Shown here piece after piece: positions 52,825 to 63,565 of a stretch of 64,000 bases of DNA. Each line of letters begins with the position of its first letter. The first letter of the stretch is position 1. Both the position numbers and the translations under genes were made by a program. Below the pieces are notes generated by a model. It had not been told where the DNA came from. It did no database searches and saw only the letters and a program-made list of their open reading frames with translations. This DNA is from an uncultured Chloroflexia bacterium (lineage in GTDB: Bacteria; Chloroflexota; Anaerolineae; CG2-30-64-16): contig CAVZDU010000010.1 of assembly GCA_963774265.1 (NCBI GenBank), forward strand, positions 320,001 through 384,000. Direction: 5' to 3'.

Positions 52825-54444
52825 CAGCAATTCTAAATATGGCGGGGAGTGGTAGACTGGGAGGTGAGCCAGCGAATCCGGCGTGAGGTGGGGCGAGGCA
52901 TGGGTGGGAAACAGGTAAGGTTCAGCGAGTTGCTGCGGTTTTTGCGGGCCAGCCTGGAACGGATTCCGGAGCACCGGCGGGGTGAGAACGGGCACTATGC
53001 GATTGCGGATGCCGGGCTAGCGGCTTTCTCGGTGTTCTTCATGCAGGAGCCCTCCTTTCTGGCCTACCAAACGAACCTGCAGGAGAACCACGGGCGCAAT
53101 AACGCCAAGAGCCTGTTTGGCGTGGCGGAGATTCCCAGCGATGGGCAGACTCGCAATCTGCTCGATCCAGTCGATCCGGTCCTGCTGGGCGAACCCTTTT
53201 GGGCGAGCTACGAACTGCTGGCCCGGCGTGGGGCGCTGCGGGACTATCACGGTGCGACTGGTAGTCAGTTGGTGTCGCTGGACGGCACGCAGTCCTTTGC
53301 ATCCCAGAAGGTGCACTGTGACAACTGCCGGGTGACGGTACGCGACGGACGTACCTATTATGCGCATCAAGTGTTGCTTGCAGTAGTGGGCGCGCCCGCG
53401 CAGCCGCACGTGGTCTGTCTGCCGCCGGAGTTCATCACGCCGCAGGACGGGGCAGACAAACAGGACTGCGAGCAGCGGGCCATCAAGCGCTGGGTCAAGC
53501 AGCATGCCGGGCGCTTTGCGCCTTGGAGTACGACCGTCTTGACCGACGATCTGCATGCGCACCAGCCGGTCTGTCAATTACTCTTGGATCACCACCTGCA
53601 CTTCATCCTCACCTGCAAACCCGACTCGCACCCGACGCTGTACGAAGAGTTGCAGCTTCTGGAGCGGGTCGAGGGGGCAGTGGGAAGCAAGCGCATCCGG
53701 CGCTGGAACGGCCGCCATCATGAGGTCTGGCAATATCGTTGGGCGAGTGAGTTGCCGATCCGCGAAGGGCAGGACGCACTCAAGGTCAACTGGTGTGAGT
53801 TGCGGCTGATCAACCAGGAGAGCGGCGAGCAGCTGTATCACAACGCCTGGCTCACCGACCACGCTTTGGACGAAACTTCAGTCGAGGCCGTCGCCCAGGA
53901 TGGGCGGAGCCGCTGGAAGGTCGAAAACGAAGGCATCAACGTGCTCAAGCAGCGCGGCTACCATTTCGAGCACAACTACGGACATGGCGACCAGCACCTG
54001 GCCGCTGTGCTTTTGAGTTTGCTGCTGCTGGCCTTCCTGTTCCACACGGCGCTGGACCTGGCCTGCCTGATGTACCAGGCCATCCGCCAGAAGCTGCGCA
54101 CCCGCCGCAAGTTCTTCGATGACCTGCGCGGCTTGACGACCTATCTCTACTGGCGCAGCTTCCAGCACCTGCTCAGCTTCATGTATCGCCAACTGGAGTT
54201 GGGTCCGCCAGCCCCAGCCTAATGCCCGATGGGCCTGACCGCCCATTGATCCCGGCCCCGGTCGGAGGCTGTCGCCTGTCCAGCGCCAGCGCCCAGTGCC
54301 GCCAGCTCCACTCCCGGCCGCCCGACCCGCCTCTTTCCGGCCCTCAATCTGCCACCGCGGCTGTCCACCCGCACGCAGGCAGCCCCCGGCTACCTCCGAC
54401 CTTGACTTCACCGGCTTGGAGCCATGCCAAATTCAGAATTGCTG
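52825..54444 (+). mobile_element. Intact insertion sequence (1620 bp), DDE type, family not firmly assigned (ISNCY/IS4-like)
   Basis: Left end CAGCAATTCTAAATATGGC matches the reverse complement of the right end CAGCAATTCTGAATTTGGC at 17/19; flanking 9-bp direct repeat TGGGCATGG at 52816-52824 and 54445-54453. Confidence 0.95.
52900..54222 (+). CDS. DDE transposase
   Basis: SLDGT, LTDDL, RSRWKVENEG.NVLK..GYHFEHNYGHG. Confidence 0.92.
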   Translation: MGGKQVRFSELLRFLRASLERIPEHRRGENGHYAIADAGLAAFSVFFMQEPSFLAYQTNLQENHGRNNAKSLFGVAEIPSDGQTRNLLDPVDPVLLGEPFWASYELLARRGALRDYHGATGSQLVSLDGTQSFASQKVHCDNCRVTVRDGRTYYAHQVLLAVVGAPAQPHVVCLPPEFITPQDGADKQDCEQRAIKRWVKQHAGRFAPWSTTVLTDDLHAHQPVCQLLLDHHLHFILTCKPDSHPTLYEELQLLERVEGAVGSKRIRRWNGRHHEVWQYRWASELPIREGQDALKVNWCELRLINQESGEQLYHNAWLTDHALDETSVEAVAQDGRSRWKVENEGINVLKQRGYHFEHNYGHGDQHLAAVLLSLLLLAFLFHTALDLACLMYQAIRQKLRTRRKFFDDLRGLTTYLYWRSFQHLLSFMYRQLELGPPAPA

Positions 54445-54499
54445 TGGGCATGGCGTCTACGTTGCGCCCGCATTGCGCCTGTGGTAGCATGCACCCGCT

Positions 54500-57400
54500 A
54501 TGTCCACGGCTCGGCTTCCGCTCGCTCTGATTCGTTGGTTGCTTGCCCTGGGGATGCTTTGGGCTCTCGCCGCAGGCATGCTCATCCGCACCTCGGGCGA
54601 TCCTTCATTTCCTGAGGCGGAGACCATTGACCAGGACTACTCGGCTCGCCCCGGCGTTAAATCTGCAACGGGAAGAAATCGCGCCAGAGCACATTGATGC
54701 CACTCTGGCGGAGCTGTCGCAAACAGGCGTCACTTGGGTGCGCTTTACATTGCCGTGGGATGAGATCGAGCCGGCGCGGGGGCAGTTCAATTGGGGACCC
54801 TGGGATGCGATCGCGGCATCCTTCGCAGGCTGGCCGGACATCCATCCCATCGTTGTGCTTGACCGTTCACCTGTCTGGGCGCGTGGCGAGGCGGATGCGG
54901 ACAATCCCTCCGCTCCGCCGCGCGAGCGATCGGATTTCGGCGCATTTGCTCGCGCTGTCGCCGAACGCTATGGCACCCAGCTTACCTATTACCAGGTGTG
55001 GCACGAGCCGAATATTTCGCCCCATTGGGGGAGCCGGCCGGCCGATCCAGCGGATTACCTGGGGTTGCTCCGCGAGGCAGCTGTGGCGATTCGCGGAGCG
55101 GACCTCGATGCACGAATCATCGCGGCAGCGCTCGCGCCGACCACTGAGGCGGGCGGCGCCAATCTCAGTGACCTCACGTACCTGGATCGGCTCTACAGCT
55201 TGGGGGGGCGATCCTGGTTCGATTTCCCTGCAATCCAGCCCTATGGTTTCTCTGTCGGACCCGATGAACCGCCGGACGCTGCGAAGCTGAACTTCGCCCG
55301 CGCCCACGAAGCGCGACAGGTGATGCTGCGGCACGGCGACGCGGGATCATCGCTGTGGGCGACGTCGTTCGGTTGGAACGCGACAACGGATTCGCAGGTG
55401 GTGTCGCCCTGGGGGAGTGTCGCACCGGACGTACAGGCCGCCCACACGGCGGCCGCATTCGTGAAGGCGACGGGCGAGTGGCCCTGGCTCGGCCCGATGT
55501 TGTGGACTGCTTACTTCCCCCTCGAACCAGGGACGCGTGAGGTCCTCACTCGCGCCGCCTCGGAGCCCTCTCTTCTGCCGCCCGGCAGCCATGGGACCAG
55601 CCATCCGGCATTGCACTACAGCAGCGGATGGCGCGTAACGCCCTCGGCAGCATATCCTCGGCCGATGGTGATGCCATCGATTTCACTTTTCGCGGCTCAG
55701 GCGTGGCGCTGACCGTACAGGGCGGCGCCTACTGGGCTTATCTGACGGTGAGCATCGATGGTGGGCCGGCGAATCGGCTCCCGCGTGATGAGACAGGCGC
55801 GACCTACCTGGTATTGCATGATCCCTCCTCCGCCCGGCGACTGGTGCCGTTGGCCGCAGGCTTGCCTCTTGACGAACACACCGTGCGACTCGTCGCGACC
55901 GGCGGTTGGGGTCAGTGGGCATTGCAGGGCGTCGTGGTCACCGCGGCGACACGCTCGTCCGCCCGATTGGGGTGGGGATTGTTGGCGCTCGCACTAGTGG
56001 TGACGGCGTTGGCTGGGGTCCGGTTTGCCCGGGTGAGCCAGGGACGCGGCGCCGGTGGCCAGGCCGGCTCGGGGCGTGGTCTTCGTCTCGCGTCGAAGTG
56101 GGCGAGCATTGCGGTCCCTGATGCGATAATGTGGGGCATCGCCCTTGCTCTGATTCTTATCTACCTCGCGTCACCGTGGGCGCTGGTTGATCTGGCCTCA
56201 CTTGCCCTGCTGGGTCTTCTTTTCCTAGTTCGTCCCGGCCTTGCGCCGCCGCTGATTGCGGCCAGTTTGCCGTTTTGGCAGCGCACCGAGCCTCTGCTGC
56301 GCTGGCAGTTCGGGCTGTTCGAATTGCTGACCTGGATCGGGCTTCTGGCATGGGGCGCCCGTCGGCTGGTCGAGCTCTTGACCCGGACCGCTCCACTGCG
56401 CAAGGACGCTGCCGCACTTGCGTCCAGGTATCGGGCAGTGGCCTTTGTTGCTTGACATAACAGCATTGGTGATGTTCTTGTCGGGCCTGATCGCGACCAT
56501 CTTCGCCGCAGAGCAGGGCGTTGCATGGCGCGAGTTTCGGATCGTCTTTCTCTTCGGCCTGGTTCTCTACGTCCTGATCACCCGTACGGCGGAGAAGGAT
56601 GTGGAAAGCACGATCAGGCCGCTTGTGACCGGCCTCTTGGCTGGGGCGACAATCGCCAGCCTGATCGGACTCTGGCAAGGGGTGACGGGCCAGGGGCGGG
56701 TTGACGTGGAGGGTGTGGGACGCATCGCCGCGCTCTACGGCTCACCGAACAACCTGGCGCTGCTGCTTGACCGCGCTGTTCCTCTGTCTCTCGCAATAGC
56801 CCTCTTCGGCTCATGGTCGCCAGGTGCGGGGAGCGCTCGCGACCAGCATCGGAAGCGCCTTGTGCAGCGTGGCGCTTTGGCCGCAGTCTTCAACATCACC
56901 TTTACCGCGGCTGTTGCCACATTCAGCAAGGGAGCACTCCTGCTCGGCTTGCCCGCCGGGCTAATCGTTGTTCTGGCAGGCGGCGCATGGCGCAGCGGTC
57001 GTCGGTGGCCCATTTGGGCATTGGTAGGGTTGGTCGTCGCCGGTGCGGTCGGCCTGTTGCTTCTTTTCCGCACGCCCCGCTTTGCCGACTTGTTCAATTT
57101 CGAGTCCGGGACGAGTTTCTTGCGGCTGAAATTATGGCGCGGAGCGCTGAACATGGCCATGGATCACCCCCTCCTTGGGGTGGGACCGGATAACTTTCTT
57201 TACGCTTATCGTTCGCGCTATGTACTGCCTTCCGGTTGGCAGGAGCTCAACCTCAGCCACCCCCACAACATCCTGCTCGACATGTGGACTCGGCTGGGCC
57301 TATTGGGCGTGGCCGCGTGCAGCGGCTCTGGTCGCCGCATTCGCAGCCGGCTGGCGCTTGTTCACCGCACGACCGGCCTTGCCCGGTGGACATCCACGCC

Positions 57401-57609
57401 GGGGCATCGGAAGCGGTAGTGAAGATGAAGTCGCGAAATCGCCCCAGGCCAGGGCAGTCTGGCCTCTGGCGTTAGGACTCCTCGGCGGTCTTGCAGCCAC
57501 AGTGGCTCACGGCCTGATCGATAATTCGCTATTTCTGCCCGACCTGATGGGCTGGTTTGTGTCGTCATCGGGCATGTTCTGGCTCTACTCTGCTCAGCGA
57601 GAGGATTAG
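54500..57609 (+). CDS. Probable single membrane protein: N-terminal TM, GH-A-like barrel, beta-sandwich, O-antigen ligase/Wzy-like domain (about 4 frameshifts)
   Basis: [29 protein letters not shown]; [40 protein letters not shown]; five overlapping ORF pieces with no obvious internal RBS. Confidence 0.72.
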
Positions 57610-57610
57610 T

Positions 57611-58547
57611 ATGAGAGTATTGGTAACGGGCGGCGCGGGGTTCATCGGCTCCCATCTGTGTGACCGTTTGCTTGCCGACGGACACGAGGTGATCGCGATG
57701 GATAATCTGGTCACCGGGTCCGCCGACAACATCGCACATCTTGCCGGTGAGTGGCGCTTCAAGTTTGTTCATCACGACGTAACCGACTACATCTACGTGG
57801 CCGGGCAGCTCGATGCGGTCATGCACCTTGCATCACCCGCCAGCCCTGTGGATTTTGCACGGATCCCCATCCAGATTCTTAAAGTGGGTTCCCTCGGCAC
57901 GCATAACGCGCTCGGTTTGGCGTTTGCCAAGGGTGCGCGCTTCTTGCTTGCGTCCACCTCTGAGGTGTACGGCGATCCCCTCATTCACCCGCAGCCCGAG
58001 AGCTACTGGGGCAATGTCAACCCCATTGGTGTACGCGGGGTGTACGATGAGGCCAAGCGCTTCGCGGAGGCCATTACGATGGCCTATCATCGTATCCACC
58101 AGGTCGACACACGCATAATTCGTATCTTCAATACTTACGGACCGCGGCATGCGGCTGAACGACGGCCGCGTCGTCCCGAATTTCATCAGCCAGGCACTGC
58201 GCCGGGAGCCCATAACGGTCTACGGCGACGGCTCACAGACCCGTTCATTCTGTTATGTGGCGGACTTGGTGGATGGCATGGTCCGCCTGCTACTGTCTGA
58301 CGAGGTCTACCCGGTCAACATCGGCAACCCGAACGAAACCACCATTCTGACTTTTGCTGAGACGATTAATCGTCTGACCGGCAACGCGGCGGGTATCGAG
58401 TACCGCCAACTCCCCGAGGATGATCCCAAGCAGCGGCGGCCCATCATCGCGCGTGCACGGCAAATTCTTGACTGGTCACCACAGGTGGATCTGGAACAAG
58501 GTCTCTCGCGCACCATTTACGACTTCGAGGAGCGGCTGGCGCGTTGA
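57611..58547 (+). CDS. UDP-glucuronate decarboxylase (UDP-xylose synthase) family SDR (frameshift near 58145)
   Basis: [62 protein letters not shown]. Confidence 0.9.
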
Positions 58548-59847
58548 GACTCTCGCAAGTAGTGCGGACCTGGTGGCCGCTTGCTGCCAGTTGGCTCCTG
58601 ATGGGCGCGGAGCTGCCGGCCCTGAGCGTGGTTGTGGCGCGGCTGCCCGACGCCAGGATTAATCTTGCGGCCTATGGCGGTGTCGTTTTCCCGGTCGCTC
58701 TGATTATAGAGTCGCCCATCATCATGCTGCTGGCCGCTTCCACAGCACTGAGCAAGGACTGGGCATCCTACCGGAAGCTGCGGAACTACATGATGATTGC
58801 CGGAGGCGCGCTCACCGCGCTTCACGCGCTCGTCGCTTTTACGCCGCTTTACTACATTGTCGTGCGAGGCCTGCTCGGAGCGCCTGAGGAGATTATCGAA
58901 CCGGCGCGCATCGGTCTACGAATCATGCTGCCGTGGACGTGGACTATCGCATACCGCCGGTTCAATCAAGGCGTTATGATTCGCTTCGGCCATACCCGCT
59001 CGGTAGGCGCGGGAACGATGGTGCGTCTGAGCGCAGGAATGATCGTGCTGTTCTCGGGCTTGATCCTTGGCACGCTGCCCGGTATCGTTGTGGCGACCCT
59101 CGCCGTTGCAGCAGGGGTGAGCAGCGAGGCGCTGTTCGTCGGCCGCCTCGTTCGCCCGGTGCTGCGCTATGAGCTCGCCGCAGCGCCTCCGGTTGACCCG
59201 CCGCTCACCTATCGGGCGTTCTTCCAGTTCTACATCCCGTTGGTCTTCACATCGCTGTTGAGCCTGCTGGCTCAACCCATCGGCAGCGCAGCCTTGAGCC
59301 GCATGCCCGGTGCATTATCCTCTTTAGCCGTGTGGCCCGTCGTGACCGGGTTGATCTTCATGGTGCGCGGGTTGGGCCTGGCGTTCAATGAGGTAGTTGT
59401 CGCACTGCTGGACGAGCCGGGTGCACGGCCTGTGCTGCGCCAGTTCACGATCATCCTCAGCGGGGCGGCTCTCGTGATTCTCCTGCTGCTCGCAGCAACG
59501 CCACTCAGCCGGTTGTGGTTCGAGGGGGTCACGGCGCTCCCCGCGGATCTCAGCAGTCTCGCCCGTGCATCCCTTTGGCTCGGCATCCCTGTGCCCGCAC
59601 TGATAGCATGGCAGAGCTGGTATCAGGGCCAGCTTCTCCACAGTCGTCACACACGCGTGCTATTTCGGAGTCAGTTGTGATCTTCCTCGCGGTCAATGCC
59701 GCGATACTGATTGCCGGTGTTGTATCGGGTAGGATGATAGGCGTGTTTGTGGGCATGGTCGGCACGGTGGTGAGTACGATCGCACAGACCGTATGGCTGG
59801 GAGTGCAGGCGCACAGGGACAGTGCAAACGCGACTACGTCTCGTTAG
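58544..59847 (+). CDS. MOP-superfamily (MATE/ANKH-like) membrane transporter (frameshift near 59660)
   Basis: About 12 TM segments with two-fold repeat (WWPLAASW / FYIPLVFTS). Confidence 0.72.
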
Positions 59848-59921
59848 TTGAGGTTGGACGACCTTCGTCTCGACCGCACCATCTGGCCCCATGTTGCCGG
59901 ACGGCGGTCACCGCGAACACA

Positions 59922-61181
59922 TTACCGCCACCGCTTCACGGCCAGGCATGCATTCTGCCCGCCAAACCCGAATGCGTTCACCAAAACGCATGATACATCG
60001 GCGTTTCGGGCGAGGTTGGGCACGTAATCCAGATCGCACGCGGGGTCAGTGCTGGTGAAATTGATCGTCGGTGGAATGATCCCTGTCTGGATCGCTTTCA
60101 CGGCTGCCACAGCGGAGACAGCACCGGACGCGCCAAGCATATGCCCCAGCCCTCCCTTCAGGGAACTCACCGGGACCTGGTATGCAGACTCGCCGAGCGC
60201 CTTTTTGATTGCTTTTGTTTCCGCGAGGTCGTTGAGCGGCGTTCCCGTTCCGTGCGCACAGATCCAGCTGGGTGGGTCGGCCGCTCCACCGTTCAGGTTG
60301 AGCGCGGCGCGGATGGCAGCCGCGGCGTGCTCGCCTTCAGGATCAGGTGCAACCAGGTGGAAGGCATCCGACGTCTGCCCATAACCGGAGATCTCGGCCA
60401 GGATCGTTGCACCCCGGGCCTGAGCATGTTCGAGTGTCTCCAACACCAGTACGGCCGCACCTTCGCCCACCACCGTGCCATCGCGGTCCCCGGAAAAGGG
60501 CGCACACGCGCGCTCGGGCGTATCGTTCTTCGTGGAAAGCGCTCCCAACCGGCCGAAAGCCGCGACCGCCAGGGGGGTCATGACGCTGTCGGTGCCGCCT
60601 GCGATCATCACGTCGGCATCGCCGCCGCGGACTCGCCGGTACGCCTCCCCCAGCGCGATAAGGCCGGACGCACACGCCGCCACAGGCGCATTGACGGCGC
60701 CGTGGAGGCCGTACCGCATCGACACGGCGCAGGCGGCTGAATTGATGATGATCGCGGGGATCAGGGTCGGGTTAATCGATCCGGGACCGCGCGCCTTCAA
60801 CACCAGGCGTTGTTCCTCGATGATGCCCGCGCCGCCCAGGCTGCTGCCGATCTCAACGCCACAGCGCGTCAGATCCTCCGTGGCGAAGTCGAGACCCGCC
60901 TGAGCGACCGCCTGAGCCGCTGCAACGATCCCGTAATGGATGAATGGCGAGAGCCGCCGCGCCTCTTTCGGGTCAATCGTTTGGCTGGGATCGAAGTCCT
61001 TCACGGTTGCCGCGATACGCGCGGGGAAGCCGCTCGTGTCGAAGGCCGTGATCGGCTGGACGCCTGAATGTCCTTCAATCAGGCCTTGCCAGGTCGTCTC
61101 TACATCGTTTCCCAACGGCGAAATCACACCCATCCCGGTGACCACGACTCGCCGTCGCCCATTATCTGAGTGCTCTGTCAT
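59922..61181 (-). CDS. fabF: Beta-ketoacyl-ACP synthase II
   Basis: RVVVTGMGVISPLG, AACASG, AHGTGTPLND, GHMLGASG, NAFGFGGQN. Confidence 0.93.
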   Translation of the reverse strand: MTEHSDNGRRRVVVTGMGVISPLGNDVETTWQGLIEGHSGVQPITAFDTSGFPARIAATVKDFDPSQTIDPKEARRLSPFIHYGIVAAAQAVAQAGLDFATEDLTRCGVEIGSSLGGAGIIEEQRLVLKARGPGSINPTLIPAIIINSAACAVSMRYGLHGAVNAPVAACASGLIALGEAYRRVRGGDADVMIAGGTDSVMTPLAVAAFGRLGALSTKNDTPERACAPFSGDRDGTVVGEGAAVLVLETLEHAQARGATILAEISGYGQTSDAFHLVAPDPEGEHAAAAIRAALNLNGGAADPPSWICAHGTGTPLNDLAETKAIKKALGESAYQVPVSSLKGGLGHMLGASGAVSAVAAVKAIQTGIIPPTINFTSTDPACDLDYVPNLARNADVSCVLVNAFGFGGQNACLAVKRWR

Positions 61182-61242
61182 TGGCCTGCCTTCGCAACTC
61201 GCGTGTGCGGCCGCGCCGGTCGCTCGCCTTTAGGGCTGAATG

Positions 61243-63411
61243 CTAGCGAACCCATGCCCCGGTCATCACCGGAACGACGGTGCCCGTCAGCCGCACCGCC
61301 CAGTTCGCGTCGATTTCTGCGAGCATTTCCCCGCCCGGCATGCGCACCGTCACCGGGCTGGCGCACCGGCCCGTGCGAACCGCCACCGCTGCGGCTGCAC
61401 AGCTCGAAGTGCCGGAGGCCAGCGTATACCCCGCGCCGCGTTCCCAAATCGCGATCTCCAGCGTGTGCCTGTCCGCCACGCGTGCGAACTGGACGTTGGT
61501 CCGGTTCTGGAAGAGCGGAAGCCGTTCGAGATGGGGCCCGATTGAATGCGCAAAACCAACTAACGCGTCCATACCTTCGATTTTTGTTCCGTCCACCGCA
61601 AAGACTACACAGTGTGGATTGCCCATGCTCACCGCCGACAGGCGGACCGCCCGGCCGCCCGCTTGCGCCTCCTCTTCGATGATTTCGCGCCTGGCGCCCG
61701 CGATCCCGATATTGCAGGAGTCGAATGATGCGCGCCCCATATCCATCGCGATCCGGTTTCCCTCGGCGTCGAGCACGTGCGCCGTGACCATGCCCCCGGG
61801 TGTGCTGATATCGAAATCGCGGCCGCGTGGCAGCCGCCGGTCCCACAGGTAACGCGCAAAGATGCGCAGCCCGTTCCCGCTCTTTTCGAACTCACCACCG
61901 TCTGGATTGAACAACCGCAGTGCGAACGGATCGCGGCCCACCGGTCCCCACAGCGCCCCGTCAGCGCCTACACCGTGGTGCCGGTCGCAAATGCGTCGCA
62001 CCGTGTCCTCATCGGGGCATTCCCGCCAGTCCACAGGATCGAGAACAAGATAGTCGTTGCCGAGTGCGTCGTACTTGTGGAAGGGCATGCTATTTTTGGC
62101 GTCCGGACCTGCGTCTCTGTGCACCAGGTCTTCGTAGGTCTCGCGGCGTTGGATCACCCTGGCCTGGCCGCCGCCAAGCAGGATGACCGCCGGCCGCAGC
62201 GCCAGGTTGTAGTTGCTCGCCATGGAGAGTGTGTATGCGCCCGCCATGGGGATCGCGAGGAAGTCGCCCCGGTCGAGACGCGGGAGCGCGATATCTCGGA
62301 TCAAAATGTCGCCGGACTCGCAGTATTTGCCGGCCAGGGTCACCGTCTCCAGGGGTCGGCCCAGGCCCCCTGACACTCGTCGTGCGGTGTACAGCGCACC
62401 ATAGAGCGCCGGACGAATGTTGTCGACCATGCCTCCATCCACGGCCACGTAGGTGCGTACGCCGGGGATCTCTTTGCGCGCTCCGGTGGTGTAGACCGCC
62501 ACCCCAGCTTGGGCCACGAGCGACCGTCCGGGCTCGACGATCAGGTGGGGCAGGGGGAGATTGTTCTGCTCGCAGGCGGCGGTGACCGCCGCGCACAGCG
62601 TCTTGAGGTACGCCTCTACCGGCGCCGCCGCATCCGCCTCAGTCATCGGCACACCCCAGCCACCGCCCGGGCTGAGCTCGCGCAACACGAAGCCATGCTG
62701 TACCTGCATCTCCGCAGCAAATGTCACCAGCCGCTCTGCCGCTTCGGCCAGCGACTCCGGCTCGTAGATCTGTGAGCCGATGTGGGCGTGCAGCCCCGTA
62801 AGCTGCAAACTGCCTGCGCGCAATGCCTGGATCACCGCCTTTTCGGCATCCCCGGATTGAATCGAGAAGCCGAACTTCGTGTCCTCCTGGCCGGTTTGAA
62901 TGTGGCTGTGGGTGTGGGCCTGAACGCCCGGCGCGAGGCGCAACCAGATCTGCGCGCGTATGCCGCGTGCAGATGCCAGCTCGTCGAGCAGCGCCAGTTC
63001 CGCGAAGTTGTCCACCACGATCCGGCCGGCGCCCGCGGCCAACGCCTCGCTCAATTCTTGGGGTGATTTGTTGTTACCGTGAAAGTGGATGCGCTCGGGC
63101 GGGAAGCCAGCGCGCAGCGCGACGAATAGCTCGCCGCCTGAGACCACATCCAGGTCAAGTCCTTCTTCCATCACGATCTGTGCGATCGCGGTGCACAGGT
63201 ATGCCTTCGAGGCATAAGCCGCCTGGCTGCTCCCCCGGTAGAGGGCGCCCAGGGTGTTTCGATAAACGCGGCAGCGGTTGCGCAGCGATGCCTCGTCAAG
63301 AATGTACAGGGGCGTACCGTACGACTGGGCCAGCTCAGCGACGGCGAGGCCGTCGATCGAGAGGCTGTCGTCTTCGCCGAGTGATGCGGTCAACGGCCAC
63401 AAGTGGTTCAA
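61243..63411 (-). CDS. lysA: Diaminopimelate decarboxylase fused in frame to a DapF-family epimerase domain
   Basis: YASKA, HFHGNNKS, HAHIGSQI, EPGRS, GKYCESGD, GAY..SMASNYN; then FHKYDALGNDY, GVGADG, NPDGG, MGNPHCV, TNVQF, WERGAG. Confidence 0.88.
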   Translation of the reverse strand: MNHLWPLTASLGEDDSLSIDGLAVAELAQSYGTPLYILDEASLRNRCRVYRNTLGALYRGSSQAAYASKAYLCTAIAQIVMEEGLDLDVVSGGELFVALRAGFPPERIHFHGNNKSPQELSEALAAGAGRIVVDNFAELALLDELASARGIRAQIWLRLAPGVQAHTHSHIQTGQEDTKFGFSIQSGDAEKAVIQALRAGSLQLTGLHAHIGSQIYEPESLAEAAERLVTFAAEMQVQHGFVLRELSPGGGWGVPMTEADAAAPVEAYLKTLCAAVTAACEQNNLPLPHLIVEPGRSLVAQAGVAVYTTGARKEIPGVRTYVAVDGGMVDNIRPALYGALYTARRVSGGLGRPLETVTLAGKYCESGDILIRDIALPRLDRGDFLAIPMAGAYTLSMASNYNLALRPAVILLGGGQARVIQRRETYEDLVHRDAGPDAKNSMPFHKYDALGNDYLVLDPVDWRECPDEDTVRRICDRHHGVGADGALWGPVGRDPFALRLFNPDGGEFEKSGNGLRIFARYLWDRRLPRGRDFDISTPGGMVTAHVLDAEGNRIAMDMGRASFDSCNIGIAGARREIIEEEAQAGGRAVRLSAVSMGNPHCVVFAVDGTKIEGMDALVGFAHSIGPHLERLPLFQNRTNVQFARVADRHTLEIAIWERGAGYTLASGTSSCAAAAVAVRTGRCASPVTVRMPGGEMLAEIDANWAVRLTGTVVPVMTGAWVR

Positions 63412-63442
63412 AGGGATGCTCGTTTCATGAGGATTTTCCCGC

Positions 63443-63472
63443 AGTATACCGGTCCCCTCCCCTAAGCGTCAA
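63443..63472 (-). promoter_or_regulatory. Candidate sigma-70 promoter of lysA
   Basis: Minus strand TTGACG-18 nt-TATACT. Confidence 0.55.
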
Positions 63473-63565
63473 GCTTCATCGGGGCTGTAGCCTGAATAGC
63501 ACCGTCCGCATCCAGCCGGCGCTTCTTTACTTTCCGATTGTGCGCTTCTCCGCTAGAATGGCGGA

